Source: Phoronis australis (taxonomy: Eukaryota; Animalia; Phoronida). From it: 64,000 bases of DNA. The stretch is taken from positions 124,001 through 188,000 of the forward strand of contig NMRA01000292.1 of NCBI GenBank assembly GCA_002633005.1. Reading direction: 5' to 3'. Shown piece by piece: positions 38,841 to 51,100 of this stretch. The notes under the pieces are model-generated. The model saw nothing but the letters and a program-made list of their open reading frames with translations. It was not told the origin of the DNA and ran no database searches. A program made the translations under genes and the position numbers. Within the stretch, counting starts at the first letter, position 1. Every line of letters begins with the position of its first letter.

Positions 38841-39132
38841 ATATGACGAGTTCATTGTAAAGTCCTGAACACATCATGTCACCCCATCACGAGTTGTAAA
38901 GGTTCACTACAACTGTGATCAACTTGTCACCTATCGCACCTTGATATGACGAGGTCATTGTAATGTCCTGAACACATAAGGTCACTCCATCACAAGTTAT
39001 AAAGATTCCGTCCTGTGATAGCTTATCACCTATCCCACCTTCATATGACAAGTTCACTGTAAAGTCTTCATCAGGTCACCATGAAATGAACAGCAAAAGT
39101 TCCCCGTGTAATCAACTTGGAATCCACCACAC
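38841..39132. repeat. About 100-bp degenerate tandem repeat, 3 copies
   Basis: ATATGACGAGTTCATTGTAAAGTCC...GATCAACTTG recurs three times. Confidence 0.75.
39112..39132 (-). CDS. BRIP1: Candidate BRIP1 last coding exon (VWWIPS*)
   Basis: ttttgcag| acceptor, phase 0; short, and other acceptors are possible. Confidence 0.5.
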   Translation of the reverse strand: MWWIPS

Positions 39133-42100
39133 CTGCAAAATACATGCAACAACTTCGTAAAGGCTTGAGTTACAAAAGGTACAATAATTATTGTCGGAAT
39201 TAGGCATCAAAATTACACTTGAGTTACATGTTACGTTCTTACAACGTACAGTTTCATGATCATAGAATTACTTTCATTCATTAGTTCTCAAATTTCATAA
39301 AGCAGCAGTAAACCACGTTTGGCTGTCAAATCAGTAAACTTTTGATTTACTAGATAACTTTCTGCCTTAAAATTGTTCTCAGCTTGTTCCTTACTCAAAT
39401 GAGGAACGATTTGTGGACAATGGAAGTACTGACAGTTGAACAGTACTCAATGAGATCATGCTTCATGTTCAGCACACAAAATGAGAAACTGCGACAAGCC
39501 AACATACAGTGCATCAAGTCTGACCTCAAGTAATGACAAGTCAACTTACAGTGTATCATGCCTGACCTCAAGTGGTGACAAGTCAACTTACAGAGTATCA
39601 AGACTGACCTCAAGTAATGACAAGTCAACATACAGTGCATCAAGACTGACCTCAAGTAATGATTAGTCAACTTACATTGCATCAAGTCTGACCTCAAGTA
39701 ATGACAAGTCAACTTACTGTGTATCAAGACTGAACTCAAGTAATGACATGTCAACTTACATTGCATCAAGTCTGACCTCAAGTAATAACAAGTCAACTTA
39801 CAGTGCATCAAGACTGACCTCAAGTAATGACAAGTCAACTTACATTGCATCAAGTCTGACCTCAAGTAATGACAAGTCAACTTACAGTGCATCAAGTCTG
39901 ACCTCAAGTAATGACAAGTCAACTTACTGTGTATCAAGCCTGATCTCAACCAATGACAAGTTGTCAGTTTTCCAAAACCCAGGAATTGTCTGTGATTCGC
40001 GTAATGACCAGATTTATACTGTGGTAAGTGTCCAAAATCAAACTAGTTTTTTTATGGAATGTTTGCAACCACCGGGCTCAATTGTACATCCATGAGGCTA
40101 CTTTTATGAGACACAATCAAAATGGTTAATTATAAAATTTCAAAAAAAAGAAAAGCTTTAACGAGTGTCAGACAAAACAAACAAGGGTTAAGGAGAAATA
40201 GAACTGATTCATTTTTCTGGCTCTTTACTAAAATCTGTTTTATGATACATTTCATGTTCCTAGGCCCAGAATTCTGAAAAAAGGTCAGAGTTAAGTTTGT
40301 GTCGAAAACGATAATTTTTTTCTCATCTAGAAATATGACGCATTCTTTGTAGGACATTATTCAAATAGCAAGGAGAAGGAAACTAAGGAATTGACTATGT
40401 TTGAACTATTTCTGTTACAAAATTATCAGGACAAAACTCAAAGTCTAAATTTTAAACAGTTCTCCAGGATGTAAATTTTTCTAGTACCTTTTCCCATGAA
40501 ATGGAAAATAGTTATTTTTGCTACAAAATGTTGTCAAGAAGAATTGAATGCAGCGTGTCACAATATGAATTGCAAAAAAAATTCTATGCATGGGAACTAA
40601 TTTTGCCATTTTCCATGTTTCCATAACAAGAGGAAATAAAGTCGAATACGCAGAGGTCATACACTATGAGCTTACTTCTCCATTTTTGTGTGTCTTGCAC
40701 TTGTTGTCCACGGCAACCACTTGAACAGCCTGGGCTTGTTCATGCCTTGAACATCCGATACAGCAGGCGAGGTACACCACAGAGCAGTGATCAGTGTGGC
40801 TGTACAGGCTGTTCATGCACATGCCTACAATGAACAAAACATAAGCTGAGTTGAATGATCATGAAAATAATTAATCCAAATCAATGAACAAGTAAATTTT
40901 GTCTATGAATAATATTTCGTAATTTGTTAACATACATTTTACCTTATGTCTTGTTTGTCATAATGAATTAATTACCCTGGGTTCAATTCCTTTGTCAGGA
41001 CAATGATTTCTTTTCAAAATCATACCTTTCATTTGGAAAAACTTCCATTAGCAATAGTCTGACTACACACTTGTTGAGACAAACCCAAACGTTAAATATA
41101 CTTCAAAAAGCAGTTTACAAAGTTTTATATTTGGCTTAATTAACCGTGGCTAAAGAAAATTTACAGCAGATTATATCAATGCAGAGTTACTGAGTGCATA
41201 GCACACAGCAAAGTAATAAGGACAAGTCATTATTTCAGGGTTAGACACAAAAAAGGACAGCCCAATATGGTGCAAGTGAATAGACGTATGAACAGCAACT
41301 GAGTGGCTGGCAATAATAAAATCCCAACTCCAAATAAAACAGTGTACAGCCTCCGAGTACCTGACTTTGTTTCTGCCTGAAGAGCAGCCATATTGTTGTC
41401 AATAACTGACTTGTCAATCACCAGGAATCCTCCTTTTGGTGGTTCCTTAACAAATGCATTCTTCATAAAATCCGGAAAGCACTTCATAAATTGCACATCA
41501 GACTCTGAAGACATAAAGAAAAAAAAACAACTGAAAAATATGAAGAGAAATGTTGTGTTTCAAAGTTTTGGCATCTGAACTACAAACAGTAAACAGAATT
41601 TTGATATAAAAGTACATTAAATAAATGATTTGCAGGACCTGCACATTGTTGCCAGGGCACAACCCTGCATTGGTCTCCTAAAAACACCTCACAGACATAG
41701 TGCATAGATGTTCAGGCAACTTGAAATCAAGTACACAAATGAAATAAGCTGAAACTATAGTAACCACTCAAGGCATCTGTGAGACTTCAAACTGCCTGTG
41801 AATAGACAGCCACATGTGGGTACATCACTAGAACCAGGTTTGCATAATGTTGGTGAGAGTCACAATCGCAGCCTTTTTGCAGTATCAACACACATTGTGT
41901 TGCAACCAGTATATATATTTTTGACCGATCAGAATATACATCCTCTACAAAAAGGCAGTGACTGCGACACTTATAACATTATGCAGGCCTGGCTTTAACT
42001 GTTCACTGTCACTACACAATTGATATAGTGATGCTTTTGCCACGACCACCAAGTTTGCCTGCAAGAAAGCACCTTTGCTCTGAATTTAACACAAACTAGT

Positions 42101-45100
42101 AGGAAAAATGAAATCTAAATTTGACATTGGTGTTACTGTGGGCTGCAGATCACTCACTATTGAGTGCAGATTTTCCTTGGTGACCTTATAAAAGATCACA
42201 GGTTGCAATGCCACATCCAAGCACAAACTACTACAGGAAGTAAACAGGATGGAAGTCGGAATAAGCAAAAATTAGAAGGTCCTGATCATGAAAATCTGCC
42301 CCAGGAGGTCCCGATCATGTACATCTGCCCAAGAAGGTCCCGATCATGTACCTCTGCCCCAGAAGGTTCCGATCATGTACATCTGCCCCATGAGGTCCCG
42401 ATCATGTACATCTGCCCCAGGAGGTCCTGATCATGTACATCTGCCCTAATTACGGGTATTTCACTATACTATCAATTTTGCACAATCACATGAATCCCAA
42501 ACTTTATAAAAAGTAACATTTCAACTTTGGCACATCATCTTGGGGTCAAAGGTCAACTTCTGGATATCATGGTGTCGTACGTCCGTCACAAAAAAGTGTT
42601 AAAAAGTTTAGTTACATTTGTTACTCAATACTATTGACCAAAATTTTAGACCCCAGGGATTATTTGTTAAGTCAGAAATTGCGTGACAGACGTACAGCAA
42701 ATGTGTACATCCGTCCGTCACACTCATGAAATTACAATTTTCACCCAATGAAAATAACCTTAGGTCATATTTTTGCTTTCTAAATTTACAGACGATGAAA
42801 TGTATCACACATTTAAGAACCTTAAAACCATAAAATATTACAAAGTATTATTCTATAAAATTAAGTGAAGAAGTGGCTACAGATTTAAACTAAATGCATT
42901 GGACTTTTTCAATTTACAAAGTATTTGCAGAAAAGTTATAGTTTATAATGTCACCTAGTTATTCTTAGTAGAAATCAATTTATTAAAATCAGACAGTTGG
43001 ACCACATTATCAAATGTATATAAAACAAAATTTAATGAACTTGTTGTTTTTCTGTTAGTACCTCTTGTTTGTAAAGAAATGCTTTTGGAAAATTCAAAAA
43101 TATTCATACAAAAAAATTCCTAAGGCGCCCTAGACTATAAATAACAAGACACCTAAAGGAATGCATGGAATTAACATGTAATTTCTGCTCTGACCTGCTA
43201 TGCTGTGTTTTGTGCTGAAAAAGCCGATACTGGGTATTTTTAAGGGGTAAGAAGCTGTCACCTACTTTATTGAGCATTTTTGTCACACCCACACTGACAT
43301 TAGTCACTCTTTTTGTGTTTTTCAGTGAATTGGGTCATCGAGTGACTTGACTGTATAAAATGATTCCATAGTAAATGATTACATCGTCTCATCTTACAAA
43401 CTTTTGATGCCGCAATCTTTTTAAGAGAAAGTTAGACTAATTTTTTTCTGCTGTGCTTTGAGGAAATTAAACAGGCATTTCAAAACAATAAAGGAAATTG
43501 TTGACGACCAAGGGAAGAACAGATGCAACTGGGAGAAGAATTAATATCTGCCAGAATACTCTTTGAAACTCGAAAAAAATGCCATCGTGGATCAAGAAAT
43601 TCATAATTGTACTTGCGTGTTCTGTGATGTGGCATTATTTAAAGCCTCTATTTAAATTTGAAAAGAAGGCATGAGTTAAAAAGCTGGATGAAAACTTAAT
43701 CGTACTAATCACTAAGTAGAAACCAGCATCTGATAAGTTAGCTCTACATATTCCTAAATCATAATCCTAAATGCAATATTAACTTAAAATGTCTTGTTTT
43801 CACACTGGAAGACAGCACGGGTGATTTGAATCAAAATATGAATGCCAAAAGTCGATGCTGTCTACTAAACCATGCTTCACACTTTGTATTAAGAAGATAC
43901 TGAAGTCCTGTTACTAATACTTTAACATCAGCATTATTACTTACATGGGCATGCATCAGAACCATCAATGGCATGGCTCAGAGAATAATTTTGTACAAGC
44001 TAATAAGGAGAGTTCTAATTTAAATTAAAAAACAATTAATTAAAATGCCTTTTTACGACAGTGATTAATAAGTTTTAAACTTTATTTCACATTTTATATT
44101 TTGACAGCCACATTTACTTAATATTAGTTTTGAAATGGTATCCTATTTAACGCATCAACAGGTTTTCCTGATAACTAACAGCTGTCAAACAAAAAATGAT
44201 AATCACTCTCATTCCAGTGTATATTGCTTACCATGTTCAAAGGAAAGTGAAAATTTTGAGGTCGTTTTATATCTTTGATCAAATGTATTGAAAAGTTAAA
44301 ATCGAAGAGTATATTCCTAGCATAGGCCTAGCTGTGATGATTTCGTCCAAAAGGTCATTCGGTACATTTCAATTAAAAAACATTGAATTAGTAGCAAAAG
44401 ACCGTATATAGCTTAAATACTGCAAAAGTTTGAATCATTCTGAATTGATATCTTAGGCACAACAAACAATTTAATTCTAGAAATTCAGAGTCTACGTCTG
44501 TCACATACGTCCGTCACACTAACTCAACTTCTATCAAGCTGTCTGACAAAAATTTGTTAGAAGATATCAAAAAAATTAGTGTGTTGTACTTTCCAAACAT
44601 TCCAGTAAATCAGCATATAAAACAAAAAAATTGTAACTGAATACAACTCACAGAAAATGAATGTTAAAAATTTTTTTAAAAAATCAAATTCTCTGCGTAC
44701 GTCCATCAAACCCCTTTTTCTGTCAGATTAAAAGATAGGGCAAAAGTTGATATACGCTTTGAAAGCCATCACGAAACCTATCCATTGATGTATTAATTAT
44801 TTTCCTGGGATGAATATTTTTTTCACTGTTAAAACGTTCTCTGATTGTACGTCCGTCACAAATGGAATTGCCCCTAATATACCTACCTCGTGCTATCTCT
44901 CCAAGGACAGACTGACAATTCTTGCATTTTAGTTGCCTAGGAAACTTAAACGAGAAAATTAAAGTTGTTGTTATTAATAATTCTGAATTACATTTGTTAA
45001 GGAGGGCAGAAACAAAATGCAAAAGAAAGCTTGTTTAAAGTGGTTTGCAAAATCGATTTGTGTATTACAAGAATTGCAAGCAAAGCAAAAGTCTGAAATA

Positions 45101-48100
45101 AAGAATTTCAAATATAATCAATGTCAACTGCAAATTTTAAAAGTATCTTAATAATTTTCTTGTTAAACAAAACAAAATTAACAAATTCCATAAAATGATT
45201 GCAAACAGGTGGTGATAATAAAGTACACAATGTTCAAAGAAATTTCACTTCAAAAACTCACACTGTTTTCTGCATCAATGTCTGTTAGGAAATCATCCGC
45301 CTTCGATTTTTTTCGTTGACCTACATCCCCAATAGACTGTCGTTTGCGACCACTTCTTCGGGTTCTGATAGACGGCTCCACTGTGCATGCATTCAGATCC
45401 TTTTTCTCACTTTTCACTTGCACTGTGTCACTGGCAGCAGATGTACTTCTCTTATTTGTTTTTAGGTTTGGAACAGATTTTTCTAATTTATCGCCTTTGA
45501 CTGTATTCGCATCACGAAAACTATATTGTTGAAGTTTTGACTTCGCAGAAGATAGCCTATCTTTATTTGTTAAGTCCGCAACTGGTTTTGCAAGAATGTC
45601 TTTCTTCAATGGAAAATGACCCAGTGTCTTTCCTGCACCACTTAAAGTGCACTCATGTTTGGACTCAACTTCACTGCTTTTTTTCTTGGTTTTCATTTCT
45701 TGTTTTAGACCAACTATTGATTCACTTCCATCTAAGTTCGCACAATTCTTAACATTAATGTTTTTGTTACAATGATCTGCAACTCCATCATTTGTTTCAT
45801 TTTCATCCCGAATGCCCCCTGCAGAGTCTGTTGTCTGCATCACCTCCTCCGAGTCAAACAGTGGTGGCGTGCACGGGATCATCTCTTCATTGTCATTGGT
45901 TAGATCAACAAAATCCAACTTTTTAACATCTTCATTCCCGGTTACTTCATTAACTATGGAGACAGCTCCAAGATTGTTTAAGTCAGCAGATGCTGCACCA
46001 TAGTTTACATTGGTGGCCATCACTGCTGTCGCACTTGGTGTCATAAGTTGACGCTGCTCCACTGTTGATCCAGGCACTCGTGGCACAGGACAGGGGGACT
46101 GCTGGCAGCTGACTAAAAGTGGCACCTGTTGACCACCTACAACTCCATTGGTTGCATCTGGCACGAGGCAGTATCGTGTGAGAGTTGCTGCTGTGAGTGT
46201 TGATGGCTGTGAAACGAGCATCACCGTCCCTTGGGAGGTTTGATTTGCACCAGGGGAGTTTCCAAATAAATTAGTTAATTTTGTAGGCTGTGCCAGTGTT
46301 TCATTGACAGGTGACATGAGAGGGTAAGCTAGAGCATGTGTTTGTTTACCGACAGGAGTTGAGGCCAGAACTTGAGGTGTCCTTGCCAATATGGCTGCAG
46401 AATGCCCTTTTGCTTGTGGAGTGTCTATGCCATTAACTACATTCATAGACGTTGCATGTTGCGTCTCAGATAGCGTGGTACTGCTTGTAGCAACAGCTGG
46501 CAAATCAGGCCTCAGAGTTTCCGGGACTGCTGGGGTCTTGTTTTCCTAGAAACACAGCAGACACACAAATAAAATTTCATATCGTTTCTCAAAAATCTAA
46601 TTATACTCAAAATTACCTATTTTACTTTTCCAAATTATGCAGAAATTAGTCATTTAGCGGTAATGCTCAAGGTTTGGGTGCAATGTGACGTAAAACTGGC
46701 TTTCAGTACAACAGAAGAGTCTACAAACTTATTTATAAGTTGGTTGTAAATAAATGATGATTATGACATAATACAGTACAATCAACCCATAGTGCCAAAT
46801 AGACAAAGGGAATCGGCCTCTTGGAATGACAGAGGTCAGCCAATGACAGTGTTGGTGGAAAAGAATGGGCAGATGGTGTGAATGTTTGGCTCCTGTGTTG
46901 ACATAATTTTGAGTGAATAATCAAAGACCAGGGTGTCACATAGTTCTCCAATAAATCAATATTGACCATAATATATAGAGCGACATGCCCACCTTGTCTC
47001 CAACAGTCCTGACTTTCATCAGTGGTGTTGACGGTTCCAGGACTGATTCATCACCAGCAGTTTTGTCCAGAGTAGATGGACCCAGGGTTATATTCAAGCT
47101 GTAATGATTATGTTTGTAGGTTAGCCAAACCAGCTATATTAAACATTTCATAAGACCAATAAAACTATTATAAATTCATTTCTGTAAAAAAAATTCTTAA
47201 TTGCAAGTACATATCTCAGTGCCAGATTGAGGTTTCGTGTCAGCAACTTGTCTGATATTAGCGTACTCAGGTGATACCAAACCAGGGAAATGGTTGATTC
47301 CAGTACAAGTTTTATATACTTACCAGGGGTATTATAAAACATGGAAATTTCTGTGTTTATGTCTTATGTCAAAATTTAAGAAGTGAATCACTATTCATGA
47401 AACAAGACCCCTATGTTGAGTTTACAAAGTACCTGTAAGGATGCAAAATCAAAATCTAAATGGATATTAAGCAGATAGAGATTGAAGAGACAACTCCCCA
47501 TAACCGCTGCTCTGGGATGTGATGTAAGCTGGTGAGGAATCCATAAAAACCTCAGTTAGCTACTCCCATTGAAGCTGCATTTCATGTTGTAAAAGATGCC
47601 AACCGCGAATATCTAACTTTGCAGAAAGTGCCATCTAGTGACTTCCTGAAGAACTGTGTGTACAAGTATAATCAGGAAAAGAAACAACAGTTACTGGTAA
47701 ATAAATTGCGGTTTCAAAGAAAACACCACAACTGATACACTTAAAAACAAGTGTGAACAAACAAAAAACACTCAATTCCAAATATTAGGCATCGTTATTT
47801 GGTAGTGAAATAAACAAATAGTAAAAATTGTGCCTTGTTTCATTAGGGTAATGATGAAATTTTATTATACTCATTTACACAAAAAACGAGACTTTCGCGA
47901 GATTGTAATGGTAACTGGTTCTTGGATGGTTTCCGACACAATGGAGAACTAGGGTTGTTTGTAAATAAGTACTTCATTCGCATAATCACAATTTAATGAC
48001 ACTATGCATCCTTAAGATGGCTAAAAACAAAAATTGAATTATGTCTTTTTACTCTTACAAAATTGGTGGACTAGTATTCCTTACAATGACAAGATTTTAT

Positions 48101-51100
48101 TTTCATTACCAACAAGAACATGAAAACCATCAGGGACATGAAAATGCTTGTGTTTGTCCTACTCCAAAAATAGTGGATTCAAAAATGGCTCATGTACGGA
48201 TCACCTATGATTTGTTGGCAGCTCAATAATTCAAGATTGCATTACTGTGGTAAAGTTTTTAATCTCCAAAGCACTAAGTTAAGAATACAAAATTGACACC
48301 TAAACAGGGGTGTAATGCAGTTTTCACCACGCAAGAATTGGTGTTAAAATCATTTAGTTGTTGAAAAACTCAACAGCAGTTGGCGCAGGAGAACATTCAC
48401 CTGGCGTTAATAGGGGCCCGGAACACTTAGTTGGTCCACAACATAGTCCTGCAATTGATAGAAAGGGACACTCACCTGGCACTAATGAGAGCAGGATCAC
48501 TCAGTTGGTTCATAACAAAGCCCTGCAGTTGGTGGACGGGTACACTCACCTTGTGTTGTTAGGGGCTGGATCACTCAGTCGGTCCATAACAAAGTCCTGC
48601 AGTTGGCTGTGCGCCATTGAGAAGCTGTGGAAAGGAACGGTCTTCTGGCGCACCCACTTGGACAGACCCTTCACGTGTTTGGGGTTCTTGTTGAATCTGT
48701 CATCAACCAGGATTAACGCACCCCAGTCATATCTTAAAGAATAGACATTTTGCTATAAAACAGAATACCAGAAACTGTAAACTATTTTGTTGGTTAGGCT
48801 CTGTCAAAAAAACAATCATAGTCGTAAAGTTTCCACTACAAGAGGTAACAAGCAATAATATTTCCACGCAGTTAGAAAGAGAAAACTTCATGGTTACTGT
48901 AATTTAACTATACTCGAGTTGAAGGTTTTAAAAAGGATTTTGAAGAATTTACCTACAAAACATTCATTTTCATAATTTGCCAAGAACAAAGAGCACGAAA
49001 ACTCAACAAACATTCTGTGTGCATGAGATATACTTTTCAGAGTCAGAATGCCTATGCAACAGCATTTTTCCTACAAAAACTGTGCACATAAATTATTCCA
49101 TTTTTAATCATGCAAACTTACATTTTAGATAACTTTTAAGTTAAAATAATACTATAGACTTAGCATGGTGCATTTTCTCTTTTACGACAAGTAAATCCAT
49201 CAATTTTCGACACATGTCAAAAGAGCTTCAAAGCCTTAAATTCAAAATAGGTCTCTCTTGGTTTTTTCATGTCAAATACCACTCACAATGGACATCTGCT
49301 TTAAATTCCTACTAACAAAATGCATAGACCTACTGGTGTCGGATGCACCTTCCCAGAGCCTGGTTGAGAGCCCTGTAGGCCTGGGTCTCGTACCACTGAC
49401 CTCCTGACAACAGACCCCGTTGCACGTTGTGCTGATCGTTGTACTTGCGTTTGAGGCTCACTTGCAAGTCTTTGACATTAGGGAACGGTATTCCCACCTG
49501 GTGAGTAACGAAAAAAGGGAGATAATTGCAGGTCATTTTGCAGAGGGGATGTAGTCACGAGCTGTGTTGCAATACACTAAATACAATTTAGTGCCAAGAT
49601 GTGTAAACTGGCATGATTCGTTTACGTTTAGAGTTCTCTGTTCTCAACACCATTTTTTTCAAGTTACTTGTTATGGGCATATATTGAGTAAAAAACCACA
49701 GTCCTTGACCATCCAATGGAAGACTTTCCAGCAGCAACCTGGTGACTGATCACATGAAAATTCTAGAGGATTAGGAGAAAATTTACTTATAAAGCTTAAA
49801 CCAAATCAGGTTAATGCCAAGTCGCATTTGGTGACCTGGCATAAATTCCAGGTTGCAAACAAAATCTGAAAATCTGAAGTGCCCAAAACTGAAAATCCAA
49901 GGAGGCCAAATGAAATCTGGGTAGGCAGATAATCGTTGAATAAAAAAGCAAAAAAGGGTGTAGAGTCGTAATGTGACCCATTGTCAGTATCTTCAACTCA
50001 ATTCTTCCCGCCAATGGACAAACGAACATAGAACGCAGGCAATCGCATACACTGCTGACGTGAATTTCATCAATCTTGCCCGATTGCCAAACAATTTCGA
50101 CTTCCTGTTGTAATTTAAGCGCGTCATGTGTGCTGCCTGCTGTGGCAGCAAACGCACTGACTTTACAAAATAAACGAACAATTTTGAATCAAAGGTAATG
50201 AATCCAGGAAAACTGTTAGAAAATTTAAAAATGGGAAGTCAACACGAACTTTGAAACAAATTGATATATGCAGTGGCAACTTCGTGGTGACTTGAAATTT
50301 TTCCCCAAGTTGCCAAACACAATCTGAGGTTGCATTGGCGACCTGCAGGTGGCAAAATTGAGCGCTGATATTACATAATGCTGTACAGGAGTGTTTTCGT
50401 GAACATTCCTTTATGCCACGTACTGCGATGAAGTAGAACCTCCTGATAACTGTATTGGAATGTGTTTATATCCTGTCGTTACATAATATTCTATCCTGTT
50501 GTTGTTTATGGTTTAGTGGTTCCTGTTTTGTAGTCAGTACTCTATTAGTCATATATTCCTAGAACCTATAGACTTCCTGTACATTTCTGTATATATTCTA
50601 TTATTTGTTGATATCAATACACTTTTAGTTCGACAGCCAACTGGGCACAATCTTTGTTTTACTCAAGTCTTTTCATGGTAGCAGAGCAAGGTTGAAATGT
50701 CTTCAACTGTTAGCTACAAGAACCCACCTCGGTTTGGGGAAAACTATCAGGAGTGGAAGCAAGAGATAGAACTGTGGAAGAGGGTAACTGATTTACCTTG
50801 TGAAAAACAGGGCCTAGCGGTGAGTTTAACTCTCACAGGGAGAGTGCGGGAAACTGCACTGCAACTGGAGGCCAAGGACCTAGAGAAAAAAGACGGTCTA
50901 ATAACACTAGTGGGAGAACTAGACAAGATCTATATTAAGGAGAGCAAGGACTATGCTTATGAAGCATACAAAAATTTTGACACCTTTATGCGTAAGGACG
51001 GTCAGCTAATTAGTGATTTTATTTGCGACTTTGACGGCTTAAATAAGAAGTGTCACAAATATGACATGTTTTTGCCGGATGCTGTTCTAGCATTCAAGCT

